This document shows, piece after piece, positions 50,675-63,353 of a stretch of 64,000 nt of DNA (its first letter is position 1; each line of letters begins with the position of its first letter). The notes below the pieces were generated by a model. That model was not told the origin of the DNA, made no database searches, and worked only from the letters and a program-made list of their open reading frames with translations. Source of the stretch: Octopus sinensis (taxonomy: Eukaryota); contig NW_021831849.1 of assembly GCF_006345805.1 (NCBI RefSeq), positions 186,001 to 250,000 on the forward strand, read 5' to 3'. The position numbers and the translations under genes were made by a program.

Positions 50675-52276
50675 TCATGCATTCCACAACCTAACAAGTC
50701 CAAATGTACAATATGTGGCAATTATGTTAAGAAGAGGGTGATGACACAAACCAAGTACTTCTCCATCGTGAATCTACAACTCAGATATGAAATCAACCGC
50801 TATCGTCCTCTCCAACTTGCCCGTCTTCATTACAAAACAGTAAAGCATCTTGTCCTCCCCCACCGCGTATATAAACTCACTGCGAGGGGACACAACAGCA
50901 GACACAAGCAAGACTCCCTTCTTCCCAGAATTGAACGTTTTGACGACTTGTCCACTCATATCCATCACAAACAATGTACAGGAATGATTACACACCCCAA
51001 ACTGCCCTCCTGAAAGAGGACATAACGACAGCACAGGTGAATCCCCAGACAAACAAAACGTCTTTAAACATTCACAACTGTGGATATTCCATATTTTGAC
51101 AGTACTGTCCGAGGATGCACTGACTATGCAGTCCGAGAAGTACATTGCACAGTTCACATAGGAAGAGTGACCCAACATTTCCTTTAGCAATGTCCCTGAC
51201 TTGAGACCGTGGATTCGGATTGATTTATCGTTAGAACTACTCAGCAAATGTCCCCCATCCTTAGAAAATTCCATGGACGTGACTGATTGACTGTGGGCAT
51301 TTTCCAACCGTCGAATACACTGCCCTGTAGAAACCCGCCAAATCCCGATTTGCCCCGTCAAACTTCCGGTGGCCAGAAAATGAGAATCTCGGGAAAATGA
51401 AAGAGATATAACAGCGTCTTTCATCATTATGAACTCCTCTTTGTCTTGGTAGGGCAAATCCTTCCTCAGCTTCCCAGTAGTGAAATTCCACACCTCCACA
51501 AACCCATCGACTGTCCCCGTCACCAAATATTCTCCATTTGGTGAGAAAACAGCAGTTTTTACATGTGCTTTCTGTCCGAACTAGAAATTACAGCAAAATC
51601 ATCACTTTGATAGTTTTCCCGCTCTGTGTGGGAATAATGTCCTCCCCCTGAGCGTAGACCACAGCCTTAGCTCTGAAGATATCAATATTATTGCCAGGGG
51701 GGAGCAGTCCCGTCTGTCTCTGCCATTTCAAAGCTTGCCCAATCAGAGACAGCAAACGAGAAGAGGGGACAATTTCTACTTCCTTGGATAAAGAATGAGC
51801 GATTAAAGTCCTTTTTTTATCCTTACTCTCTCCGTATACTCGGGGATCGAATTTAGGATGGGCCAACATTTCTTCCAGGCGAATGTACCTCTCGATTGCT
51901 CTTTCTTTTAGGAGTAGTAGAGGATCGGACTGTCGAAGGAGAGATCGAACAGCCCCAAATTCTCTCTGTTCGATAAGCTCGATGGTGATTTGTTCGTAGA
52001 GGTCCATAAGTTTGTTTTCGGGTAGTTTAAGAGTTTGGACAGTCATGAGTACTTTGTCCCAGTGTCCGTTTATAACATCTGAGGTGAAGGACTCTATGGA
52101 GTCTACAGTGTTTAAATAGACTCCTGACTCTTCCTAAAATGCCATTATGTGATTACTCTGAGGGTTTCGAGAGATTTTAGTAAGTTATTTTCCTTCAAAT
52201 ATTGTTCTATCAATCTGATCACACTATTTCTCTATGAAAAAAGTACTCACTCGGTAGACTCCACCTCGACAGCCAT
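50675..52276 (-). CDS. SMU1: Spliceosomal B-complex WD40 protein SMU1
   Basis: MAVEVESTDVIRLIEQYLKENNL...LNTVDSIESF...GHWDKVL (LisH/CTLH); VPSSRLLSLIGQALKWQ; seven WD40 repeats. 4 introns of 23-27 nt. Confidence 0.95.
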
Positions 52277-52515
52277 TGTTGGTCCTTTATTATTTTTTAA
52301 AATTTTATTTAAAAATTAATTGTAAAATCATTAATTAAATTTAATTTCAAAAAATTTAAATCTATTATTTCATCAGAAAGTCATGTTTCATGAATAGAAT
52401 GTTAGGGAATGTAGAATACTTAGGATTACCTTTTAAAAAAATTCCATCAAATAGTTTTAAATTATGTTAAAAAATAAATGTTAATAAATTATAAACAATT
52501 ATTATAAAATATTTA
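52277..52515. promoter_or_regulatory. Putative AT-rich bidirectional promoter (SMU1 / HSD17B10-like)
   Basis: 239-bp AT-rich spacer between divergent start codons. Confidence 0.5.
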
Positions 52516-53364
52516 ATGTCTTTTTTCAAATCTTTAGTGGTAACATTGTGTAATCTCGATATTAGGGTAAAAAAGCCCTAATTGTAGGAGATGTAGCAAC
52601 TATTGGACTGACAACTGCTCAATTAATGCTCAACAATGAATGCCGTGTAATTCTTGCAGATTCTCATGAAAAAATTTCTTCCCTACCTGACCAGTATCGT
52701 CTCCCAAATTGCCTATACCACCCACTAAACGTGTTTTATTTCACTTAAATGTAGATTTCCTGTCCACAACAAATTGATAATTTATTTGAAAAAATAAAAA
52801 ACGATATCGGCCCTTTGAATTATTTAATAAATTATTCAAATGTAAAAATCATCAAAACTATCCAACAGAATCAAAGTCCGATCGATTTTACCGCAGACTA
52901 TATAGTATTACGTAATAATCATACAGAACAACATAACTAGTTCTTATTCATTCATGTCCTCCTTTGCTCGGTCTGCCAAGGATTCAGAGGCAGACTACGA
53001 CGGGGAACATGGAGTAATTGTCAATGGAGTGTCCAAGTTTGGAATGAAGGACAGTCTTTCCTTCCAGTGCCTTAGCAGTGCTGTGAGAGGAATGACTTTG
53101 ACATTGGCTAGGGAAATGGCACCAATGGCTATCCGAGTTGTCACTGTTGTGTTGGGTTTAGTCGTCAAATATTCTGTAGGGGATTTAGTGACGGATTCTG
53201 AGACTGATTATCTGTTAAGAGCAGTCGATTCTGTCGTGTCTAATGTGTCTTTTCTACAGAACAAAGTGCACTACGAAGATGTTGCTAATTGCATTAATTC
53301 TATCTTGACTAACAGTATGATTAATGCTACTGAAATTACACTTGAAAATGTTAATAATGCTTAA
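52516..53364 (+). CDS. HSD17B10/SDR5C1-like short-chain dehydrogenase fold, catalytic motifs degenerate
   Basis: Spliced: GKKALIVGDVATIGLTTAQ...EADYDGEHGVIVN...GMTLTLAREMAPMAIRVVTV...INATEITLE. Parallels HSD17B10 EPDQGGQRGVIIN...[20 protein letters not shown]. 4 introns of 22-26 nt. Confidence 0.75.
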
Positions 53365-53889
53365 ATAAACGTTTTTGATATTCCAATGGTGTTTGTAGAA
53401 TTTATTAGCGATTTTTGTGAATAAGTTTTAGTTTCAAACTTATAAAATGAAAATGAATGTACAATTTTTGGATAAGGGTGTGACTTTATTTTGACTTTTG
53501 CGGTTTTTTGAATGCGGAAATCAGTTTTTTATTTTAAACTATAAACTCGGTTTTTCATTTAGTTGAAAAATGTTTTATCGTCTTTTTTTGGATTTTTCAG
53601 ATGAATATTTCGCTATATAAAAATATTAATTGAAACAGAACCAAAATTAACATTTTAAATGAAAAATTAAATCCTTAATTAATCTTGTTAATCCCTGTTA
53701 TTTTTCTTTTTAGATATTTTGGTTTTTTTAATCCCTTCTTGTAAATGTTGGAGTATTTTATCCGATGATTCCATTTCTCGACAAGTTTCATTTTCTATAA
53801 ATATAAAGAACTTATTACAACCACTCAAATCTGAAGAATACACACGACTGTCCAAATTTGACTGCTCCTAATAAATTTAAATAAATTTC

Positions 53890-54781
53890 TTATACGGGAA
53901 ACTCACTGAGTCCTTTTCGTAGACCCTCTGAGTAAGCATCGTCCCATAGTTTAAAAAATTCCTCATTCCGGCCAAACTGGGGATGCATGTCCCAAGGCTT
54001 GGAAGGACCAATAAAGTGGACGACTCTCACCAAACTCCGATTTCTAATATTTGAGATATTTTGATTCGACTGTCTGAGAGCGGGTGAATAGCTGTAAATA
54101 GAAAGAGCGGGAGTATTGTAGACGAAGGGGATCCTTCGACTATTTGAAAGGGACCAATCTGCGAAAAACGCGTTGAGTAATCCTTGGTCGGCTCCTAAAA
54201 TTAATTTTTGATAAAAAACCGTCAAAGCTTCCAAATTCGTTAGCAAAAGACACAAGATTGTGAAATGTTTCCAAAGAGGGTTGAAAAACAAAGACTCCGC
54301 TGTTGAAGTAATCAGGCCACCCCACATCTGGACACGCACTGAGTTCGTCATATTCGAATAAATCGTCAATATTTTTCAAAATCTATTTTTGCGGTTTATA
54401 ACGTGTAAAAACCAAAGTATCTGCATCCATGAACACACATTTTTTGAATTCGGTCAATTTCCAACAAAATATTTTTGAAAATGTGACTCCGAGTTCAGGT
54501 CTATTAAGTAATCCCAGGTTTTGCTCATCTCCGCTATTGAATTCTTCGATTATGACAATTTTATCAAACAGTATTTTGAGTTTGTTACTATTTTTTAATA
54601 CTTTAGGGATTACGTCATATTTTCAGTTACGTTGTTAGAAATCATTGCGACTATTTGTTTCTGAGTCTGAACGTTTCTGAGAGATTGAGCGAGGGCTATG
54701 CATCCCTTCGCATATGAATCATTGGTGGCGAGGGTAACAAAGGCTTCTAAAATTTTAACTGCGCATGCAATAAAAACCCAT
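53890..54781 (-). CDS. GYG1: Glycogenin (GT8)
   Basis: [16 protein letters not shown]; [11 protein letters not shown]; CVFMDADTL; [19 protein letters not shown]; [11 protein letters not shown]; IYSYSPA; [11 protein letters not shown]. Confidence 0.93.
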
Positions 54782-56803
54782 TTAATATTTGTAGATTATT
54801 ATGAATATATTAATTGAATCATATTTGATTTAAAAAATTTAAAAAATAATATTTATTTCAAATATATAAATATTTTAAAATTGGTTTTAATAATCTATTT
54901 TCTAGGGTTATTTCTTAATGGTACTTTTTGTTTCACTTGATTATTAAATTGATTGTCCAAGCATATCAGAATTGATCGAAATTCGATACCATCTTCGAAT
55001 CATTATATATTTATATGGATTATTAGTCTTAATTTTTTACTCATCAATGCCCTAAAACTGTGATATCTTATAAACTTAAGTGAATTTAATTGTATTTAAA
55101 ATTCATTTGTTAACCTTGAACTTTAATTAATTTTAATCCTACGCTTAATTTATTGATCTTTAAAAAATATCGCTGCTTTCTCATTTTTGGAAAAAACATT
55201 GAACCTTCTTGTTTTAATTGCAAAACATTTTTGAAATTCAATACTTGCAACCATAAATTTTTCTGACCTAAATTTCCATATTTTTATGCCGTCATGCGGA
55301 ACTAGATTGTCCATTCCGGACACACAAACAAGAAAAAGAATAACAACTAAAGAACCTCCTCTGGCCCTACCTACGATTAGCCAAAAATAAAAAATCTTTA
55401 TTTAAAATAAAATGTGTGTCCCTGCCTGTGTGGAGTCATAAAATACTACGGCTCTGCGGAAAGTGCGGGTTTTTTATAATGTATCTATCAACAATCGAAA
55501 GTTATAATGGTTACAATCAGTATAAAAATCTAATTAGAGAAATTTATCATAAAATTTGCTCACTAAAGAAAAATTTTTATTCTATTTTTAATTATGAAAA
55601 TTTTCTTGATAAACATAGCCAAAATTAAAAATTGATTTTTAACCTAAGAATTCAGTTAATAAATTTATTAAATAATTTTTATTACTTAAAGAAACACAAT
55701 CTTTAACATTGAAAAGTTAATTTCTCTAAACCCTTTCATAGCCAAATAGTTCCCTTTCATAATCACCACTAAGTCGGGCTGTCCAATTACTGGATAAAAG
55801 ATCCAATCAAGTAATTTGCCCTAACGGAAAATCAAACATCAATTTTTAGGATTGAAATTATTTGTGTTTTCTATTTAATGTCTTTTGTAAAATTTTAACC
55901 AAAATTGCTTTGGCAGCACTATTCAATCAAAATTTTAATTTTTTAAGCGACCCGGTCTGTAGATTCAAAAAATTGTTTATATTAAACCAACTAAAAAATC
56001 AATGTATAAATTATTTAGCTAAAATTCAGGGAATTATAAAAGAACATTATCTTTTTTAGTATACAAGTTTAAATTCAGGCTCTATATTTCTATTGGAGAA
56101 GTTGGAAGTTTCCTCATTTTAGGTTAATATTTAAAATCTATTTTTAATAGAATAATAAACTTATCAATAAATAACAACATTTATCATTTTTCTACATGTT
56201 TTATTTCATAAGCTCATAATTCTGTCGAATACTTGATATTTAAAATACATTTCAATTAAATAACCTAAACAAATTTCCTAAAATCGTTTGGATAATTGTC
56301 CAGTTTAATTACTTCCTGAAATCTACAGCAAGTGGATTATATCTAAAGACCATTACCATTATTCCTTTCAACTAGTAATCGTCAATTACTTGATAGTCAA
56401 CACATATAAGTTGAGTTGAAACACTCAAAAATAAATTATCGTAAATTTGACAATCACCAGTAGGTCATGTGGCCTATTAATTTCGAGAATGTCCCCATAA
56501 ATCAAAAAAAGATGACCCGAATGTTGGAGATGGAATTTTCATAAATTCCATCTGAGACATTAACCAAAACAATAATTATTTGAAAACAGAATGGTAATTA
56601 AAATTGTCAAAGTCAGCAATAAAGATTATTAGTTTGCAGTGAAGTGGGGGGACTACAAAGGAAATGTCTCGGAAAACAATATAACTGCCATTATGGATCC
56701 TTGAGAACTAATCTAACTTGAATCTTGACATTATTCTGCGCTTAATGTGCGCGAGTTGAAAATACGTTTTAAGAATCTAACGACTATTTACTTCAAATCA
56801 AAT

Positions 56804-58112
56804 ATGAATTCAAGAATAAACGCTGCTTCTCAATATGACAGTGGATTCTATTGTCAGGGTATCAACTTGTCTGACAAGTTTAGAATACGAACAAAATTAT
56901 TACATTCCTGACAACATCCTCAACTCTTTTTATAGTTTTATTCGTTTTTATGACATTTCATATGGTTTCTCGCTGAATATAACTGCTTAGATCCTCTCAA
57001 TTGGAATTCTAGAGATGTAGTATGTTGGTTATCGTGGATTTGCCAAGAACTAGGAATAGAAAATATAGATTTCGAAAATTTCAAATTTGACGGGAAAACT
57101 CTGATCAGACTTAGCAAAGAACAACTTAATTTGATGGTCAATTACCAAGGAATCGAAGCAATCTGGGAATATTTTAGACTGCTAAAAAGCAGTATCCGTT
57201 TTTGTCACTCATTTAGTTGTTATTCAAATCAATCCTTCTAAATTTATTCCCAAAATGGGTTCTCCCGTTGTCCATTGTTGTGTGTCATATTTAAAATACT
57301 TAGATTATTCTACAAATAGTAGTGATCCTTCCGAAAAATACAATTATATTGACCCCAATTCTTCGAGTTTGTATTCTGAGAAACTGAATTTATTTTCAAC
57401 AGTCGACTCCGAAACCAACAGCTCATACTACCAACAGTTTCACACAAAAACGAATAAACTAAAAAATGTAAGTATTCCTCAATAAGTATATGTCTAGTAT
57501 GACCAGTTTTCAACTCAAATTCAAGCATCAAATCCGTCAAGATTCCAGACATCAATTCGTCTTGGAATGGTTGGTTTATTGACATAATAAAACATCATTA
57601 CATAAATTATATATGTAATGCATGACATATCAATCGACTTGAGAGTAAAACTCAATTAAAGAGTATTTAAAGTGACCGATGCGCTTTAATCTGCTCTTTT
57701 ATTTTATTGATATGTTTTTTAACAATTTTATGAGATATTTTATAGGCTGTGGACCAATTCAACTGTGGCAGTTTATTCTGGAGTTGTTGGTGGATAATAA
57801 TTATCATAATTATATTTCCTGGACCGGAGTTGAGTGGGAATTCAAAATGTTAGAACCAAATCGAGTTGCCAAATTTTGGGGAATTCGGAAAAATAAACCA
57901 AAAATGAATTACGGAAAATTAAGCAGGGGATTAAGGTATTACTATGACAAAAATATCTTGGTGAAGACATACGGTAAATACAATATACCTAAATATGCAT
58001 AGGTAGAAGATATGTATATCGATTTATTTTTGATTTATCTCCAATTTTAGGCTGCGGTCATACAGAAATATACCAAGTTTATGGAATCCTACCGCTTTCA
58101 TTGAGAGAATAA
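56804..58112 (+). CDS. ETS1: ETS1/2 (Pointed) transcription factor with PNT and ETS domains; start and middle exons uncertain
   Basis: PNT: [22 protein letters not shown]...[11 protein letters not shown]: [13 protein letters not shown]...ISWTG..WEFK...[36 protein letters not shown]. Confidence 0.88.
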
Positions 58113-58599
58113 TATCTTTTTAATTTTATAAAATTTTATGACGATTTTATAAATAATCATTTACTTTAAATCTTAATCCTCAGTATAAAAATTGAATTCT
58201 CTTTTAAAAATTAATTATTTAAGTCTTGCTTTCCTTTTTATGTTCAATATCGTCAAACATGTCGGATCCCAATCTAACCCGCTTTTGAAATTTTTTTGCT
58301 TAGAGTTAAGAATTCTTTTTTTATTATTTAACCCAAGAATCACCAACAGTTAATTAGAGTACTTAATTAGGTGATTTCAACAATCCTGAAGAGCTTTTTC
58401 AGCTTTTCCCGATGTTGGACTCTAAAACTAACGCAAGTGCGGGACGGGTGGGGAACAGTTTTTGTGAGGAATTGAATCTGGGTGATTCTAAAAAAACAAA
58501 TGGGAATTGAATTTTTGTTTAAAAAATTGTGGAACAGACGAGGAACGTAAGGAATTGAATCGGGGTGATGTTTTTCTGGTTGCTAATTGACATATGATG

Positions 58600-58965
58600 A
58601 TTTTTTGACAGTTGGTCTTATTGAATGGCTAAGAAGCCCTTTTCATCTTTCTTAATTAGGTGGTCAAGCGGACTTGGAATAATATTGTTCAAATTGGAAA
58701 TTTGCATTATGCTAGCCGCAGCTCGGTATAGTGTAGTCAATTTTAAGACGGTTCGACCATGAGAGATTAATTCCCCATGCAGCGCTGGCATAGCCAATTG
58801 TCGGTTCGATGAATTGTTTGTAGAGAACGGTTTCTTTAGTCCGCTAAATGTCGTTTTGATTAGTCCAATCTTTCTCTGACTGGATCCGATGGCCTTCTCT
58901 AAATGGGCAGTAAAACACATGTGGGTGTCAAAAGTGACCCCCAGAATTTTGGGGGAGAAGCTTTA
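58600..58965 (-). mobile_element. Fragment of ingi/Vingi-like LINE reverse transcriptase
   Basis: PKILGVTFDTHMCFTAHLEKA... RT thumb region, homologous to 61835-62023. Confidence 0.65.
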
Positions 58966-59046
58966 AAGAAAAAATTCGTTAATTAATAAGATAAAATAGA
59001 AAAAATATATTTTATTGTTCGTCATGAATACTTTCAATTATGCTTT

Positions 59047-60903
59047 TCAGCCGAGGAGATTGAATCTGTTCCTGAGAATCAACTGGAAAAATTCTATCAA
59101 TAAATTAAATACAGACCCTTTATAAAGACAGTGACTGACAATTTTCATAAAAATCTTTGGATATGACATGCTTTCAGCATCTGTGATGTAACTCGAGAAA
59201 GATTTAGCTAAAGGACAACACAAATTTTTTAAAAATTTTGCAGAAAAGTTGCGACTTTCCAACGTAAATCGTAACTGCCTGTTTCTTAATATTAACAAAA
59301 AACAAGTTTGGAGTATGAAAATCATTTGAAATATTACAAAGCGAAAACATCACTTCAATGAAATGAATGTAAATCTTCAACAAATCCAGTTCGCCTAAAT
59401 AATTTTAAAAAATAGAAAACTGCATGTTATTCTATTCAGGATGCAATAACGGGAACTGCAAGGGATATCTTATTAATGAAAACCTTGGATTTTCTTCGTA
59501 TATGTTAAAAACATCTCGAATCCAGCAATGGAGAATTTCCCTTCTTAGGAAGAGCAATTTATTTAACTCGGTTTCATGCAGATTTTGTTTCGTGAGATTA
59601 TTTTTAAATGACAATTTAAAAATTTGTCGAGAAATTTTATACTTTGTTTTTAATTCAACCAAATGAGACGTTTTCTTATCAAACGTGTCGACCAGAACTT
59701 TCAATGTTGTTAGATCTTGGATGGTATAACAAGAAAACCATTTTTCAATAATTCTCGGTTTAAACTGATCCGATTTTTGAGAATATTAATTTTGTTTTGA
59801 CATTTAAAACTTTCTTTTATTTTTTGTGAATTTTTGTTGTTAAAGTTATTTTCTAATCTATTTAAATATGATTATATATGCAACTCTGTTAATATCGCAT
59901 TTCTTTTCATTCGGTTATAAAAATAAGACTTAAAAGAATCGGAAAAACTAAAATATGAACGATATGCTACCTTGACGATTGGTTATTAGAATTACAAAAA
60001 TTTCCAGTGGAAAAACATTTTTTACAATAAAATATTTGACTAAATCTTCCACAAAACTTACACTCAAGTTCGTCGTCAATAACATTTATGAAGGATTCGT
60101 CCATTGATAGGTAATTTTATCTTTTAGTTAGAATGAACTACAAAATATCAACTTGTGTTGTAATCAACCAATAATAAAATTTATTATTTATTTTAAATTA
60201 GTCAATACAAAAATAAATATTAAAAAAATTCCACAATAGAGACTAGTTACTATTGCCTGAAAGAAACTTTGATAATCAATGATTAAAAATATTTCGAAAT
60301 ATAAATAACCAAAAAAAGAGATTCAATTTTTTAGATAACAATAAACTCAGTCCAACGAATTGAGATGCACTTAAACAATATTTTTAATAAGAAATAAAGT
60401 AATTTTTCTACTTTAAAGACGTTTTTGCAGTAAAATTTTAATAGACAAGTTTTAGATAAGTAATTTTTTATTTTAATGTAAGTGGTTGTTAAGTTTCCAT
60501 GAATAACACTTTACCTGTAAATATTTTAATATAAACCATACTTCATTGCACAACTGAGATATTTTTGACTCGGCTATGCTCAAACGGTTTAAAAGATCTA
60601 ATTGTGTTTGAAAATTAAAAGATCGCTCATCTTCTTCGGTCTTAAATTAATTGTTTTTTATTTAAACCTTATTTTTCAAACATAAATTTTCATATAAGAC
60701 ACGTTCTAGTATATTTTCGATTATTTTAATATACTTTTTTTACCACGGCACTGGACCAAAGATTGTTTTAGTGCATCAATCATTTTGTCTTGGTCATCTA
60801 TAATCTCTAAAAGATGTCGGTTGTCAAAATTTTGATTATCCGCTTTACATATACGATGATATGGAAAATATGGATCTTCACTTGGCATTATATGGTGGCC
60901 CAT
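59047..60903 (-). CDS. Hypothetical multi-exon coiled-coil protein (5' end uncertain)
   Basis: ORFs 59047-59325 and 59432-59704 join through 23-28 nt GT-AG introns into one frame. ORF 60721-60903 is a probable upstream exon. Confidence 0.42.
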
Positions 60904-61499
60904 TTCCTGAAATATAATCTTTTAAAGTAAAACGTATTTTGTGATTTGTTTTAATTTGTCGTTTTTTCTTCTCAAATTTTTTAATTTTATGGCCATGAGA
61001 TCAGCTTCTGAAAACATATTACGCTATTAGTCAAAAACAATCTTTATATTTTGCGCAAGCCACTGTAGTGCAAAAATATCAATAAAGTCAACAATTTATT
61101 TTAGAGGACAAATATTTAAAATGACGTGGTCATTGAAATTATCAATTAAAAATGAAATTATTTCATATAGTGATGAACTAAATAAGTTTTTAATTATGGT
61201 TATGTTATTCAAGTTATTAAATTGGTTCTAGTTCGTTAAATTATTGTTTATTTTGATATTGATTATAAAAGGAATCGTCATTCAAACAATCTGCGTCAGA
61301 ATTATTTTGAAACAAACTAATAAATCTGATCGTTGTATTTGCTCTTATTTTGGCGAACTCATTAGCCAAAACAGATTGACCTGAATAAGCTTTGAGCCTT
61401 TTGATTTTTTTGATTCCAAAATTTCTGGCTAAGTACAGTTTGGCATCTTTATTGTTTCTTATTCCCCAAATGGAACACAATAAAAGGAACAAATAAAAA

Positions 61500-62575
61500 C
61501 ACTGATTCCGACAAGCTTCAAGAGGGTCCTCATCTTTTCCCGATTTTCCTCACGTGAACCCATGCAAGTGGGTCTTGGACGTGTAGCCTGGTCTCCGTGA
61601 TTGCATTCTATCTTTTTGTATATAAGTGCAAGAGAGTTTCCATGTTGGTAGGAGCTGAGAACTTTTCTTAGCGCTTCGTGAGTGTGAAGGCTTTTTTCAG
61701 GCTCATCTCGATCTTCATTTTGTTGGTCAAAAATTTGATTTATCTCATACGAACAACAAGCACGGTGTGCAGGTTGTATAAACACCAAAGAACTGGGTGT
61801 TTTTCAAACTTCTAAAGGCCGGAAAGACTTTAGTCTACTTCTCACATTTCGTTAAGACATTGTTCAAGTGGGAAGAGAAGCACATGTAAGTATCAAACGT
61901 AATTCCTAAGATTTTCTGAGTCCGGCAAAATAAAAATTCGTTGTTGTCCAGTTTGGGATTCACTGACTTTTCCAAAATCTTTTTTCCGAGGTGAAGAGAG
62001 AGGTCTCCAACTTTTCTGGACAAGTTGATAGGTGGTTAGCAGTGATCTAGTTGTTTAATATATTCAAATATCGTTGTAGCTTTGATGAAGGAGCCAGGAT
62101 GTCTCGATCTTAGTAAGCAATAACGATTATCTTGGCGTAGGAAATCAGGATGTCTTTTTCATTATTCAGTAGATGGAGATCAGCAATGAAGAGGTTAAAC
62201 AGTGCGGGCGAGAGAGGGGAACCTTGCGGAACTCCGTTTGGGAGAAAGCTTGACCTTGTAGTGGATTGTCTTATACAAACACGTCCTCTTCGACCACTGA
62301 GAAAGTCTGATAGCCACAACTTGAGATTGGAAGGAATTTTTGATATGAATATTTTTTAAATGAGGAGTTTTCCTGATACTAAAAATTTTTTAAGTCAATA
62401 GTACAGAGTATGATTTTTTGATGGCCGGTTTTCATGAGAATCCAAGTTGATAAAGTTAGTCAAAGTGAGTAATTGTTTCAGAATAAATCTATTTTCTTCA
62501 GAGTAAACCTATTTTCTTTAAACCGTGTTGGAAGGACTTTTCGAGGAGATGGCCCTTGATCTTTCAGATTCTTTA
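61500..62575 (-). mobile_element. Degenerate ingi/Vingi-like LINE RT fragment
   Basis: LLTLTNFINLGFHENRP, WLSDFLSGRR...LPNGVPQGSPLSPALFNLFIAD...ISYA, KILGITFD. Many frameshifts. Confidence 0.78.
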
Positions 62576-63353
62576 GTAGAATCATTGAGATTTTGTCATG
62601 TCAGTTTGAAAGTATGATTTGATTAGTTAAATAGAGCAACATTTATTGACTTAAAAAAATAAAAATTGCCCTTAAAAAGTCAATGTAATTGACCTTAAAA
62701 TTTTAAAATTGACCAAATAATTGACCGTAAAAATACTACTTTATTTTCATATATAAACTACGTTTATGAAAATTTAAAGTATTTTATCATCGTTTTTATC
62801 GAGTTATTTACAATTAAGTAATATTTTACATTATCCACTTTAAATTCCTATCCTTGGTTATTTTGGATATCTTTTGTGTGTGCTAAAATTTCTACCATAT
62901 TGCGGAAAGTAACTCTGAAGGAAGTGGATGCCCGATACTTCCAAATAAGTTGATAATTGCTCGATTTCTCAATTTATAGAGCGAATGTTTGCGGATACAA
63001 ATGCTTCTGTTACGTCTGTTGCAAAATTTCTGAAGACATAATTTGGAGGAACAATATTCATTGTTTTTTTTTTATTGTGGATATATTATTTGTTCGGGAA
63101 GAGTGTTTCTGTGTTTCCCTGTGTTTGTTCACAAAAAATGCTTCTTGCATGTCACATGTAACTCACATAATTTACAAAAAAGCATTCCATTTGGTGTAAA
63201 AGTAAATTCTTTAGGATATTTTTCACAATATTTTAGCTTTTTTAAAATCCGAAGGTTTATTTTTAGGCATAAGTACACTATAATTTAGTTTAAAATTGTT
63301 ACAATAAGAGACAAATGTCACTGCGACTATTTTAATTATTTTGATGCTTAAAT

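Noticed and set aside
62386-62660. 15-bp inverted repeat ttttttaagtcaata / tattgacttaaaaaa
   Set aside because: Low complexity, one arm lies inside RT coding remnant, no TSD; probably chance.
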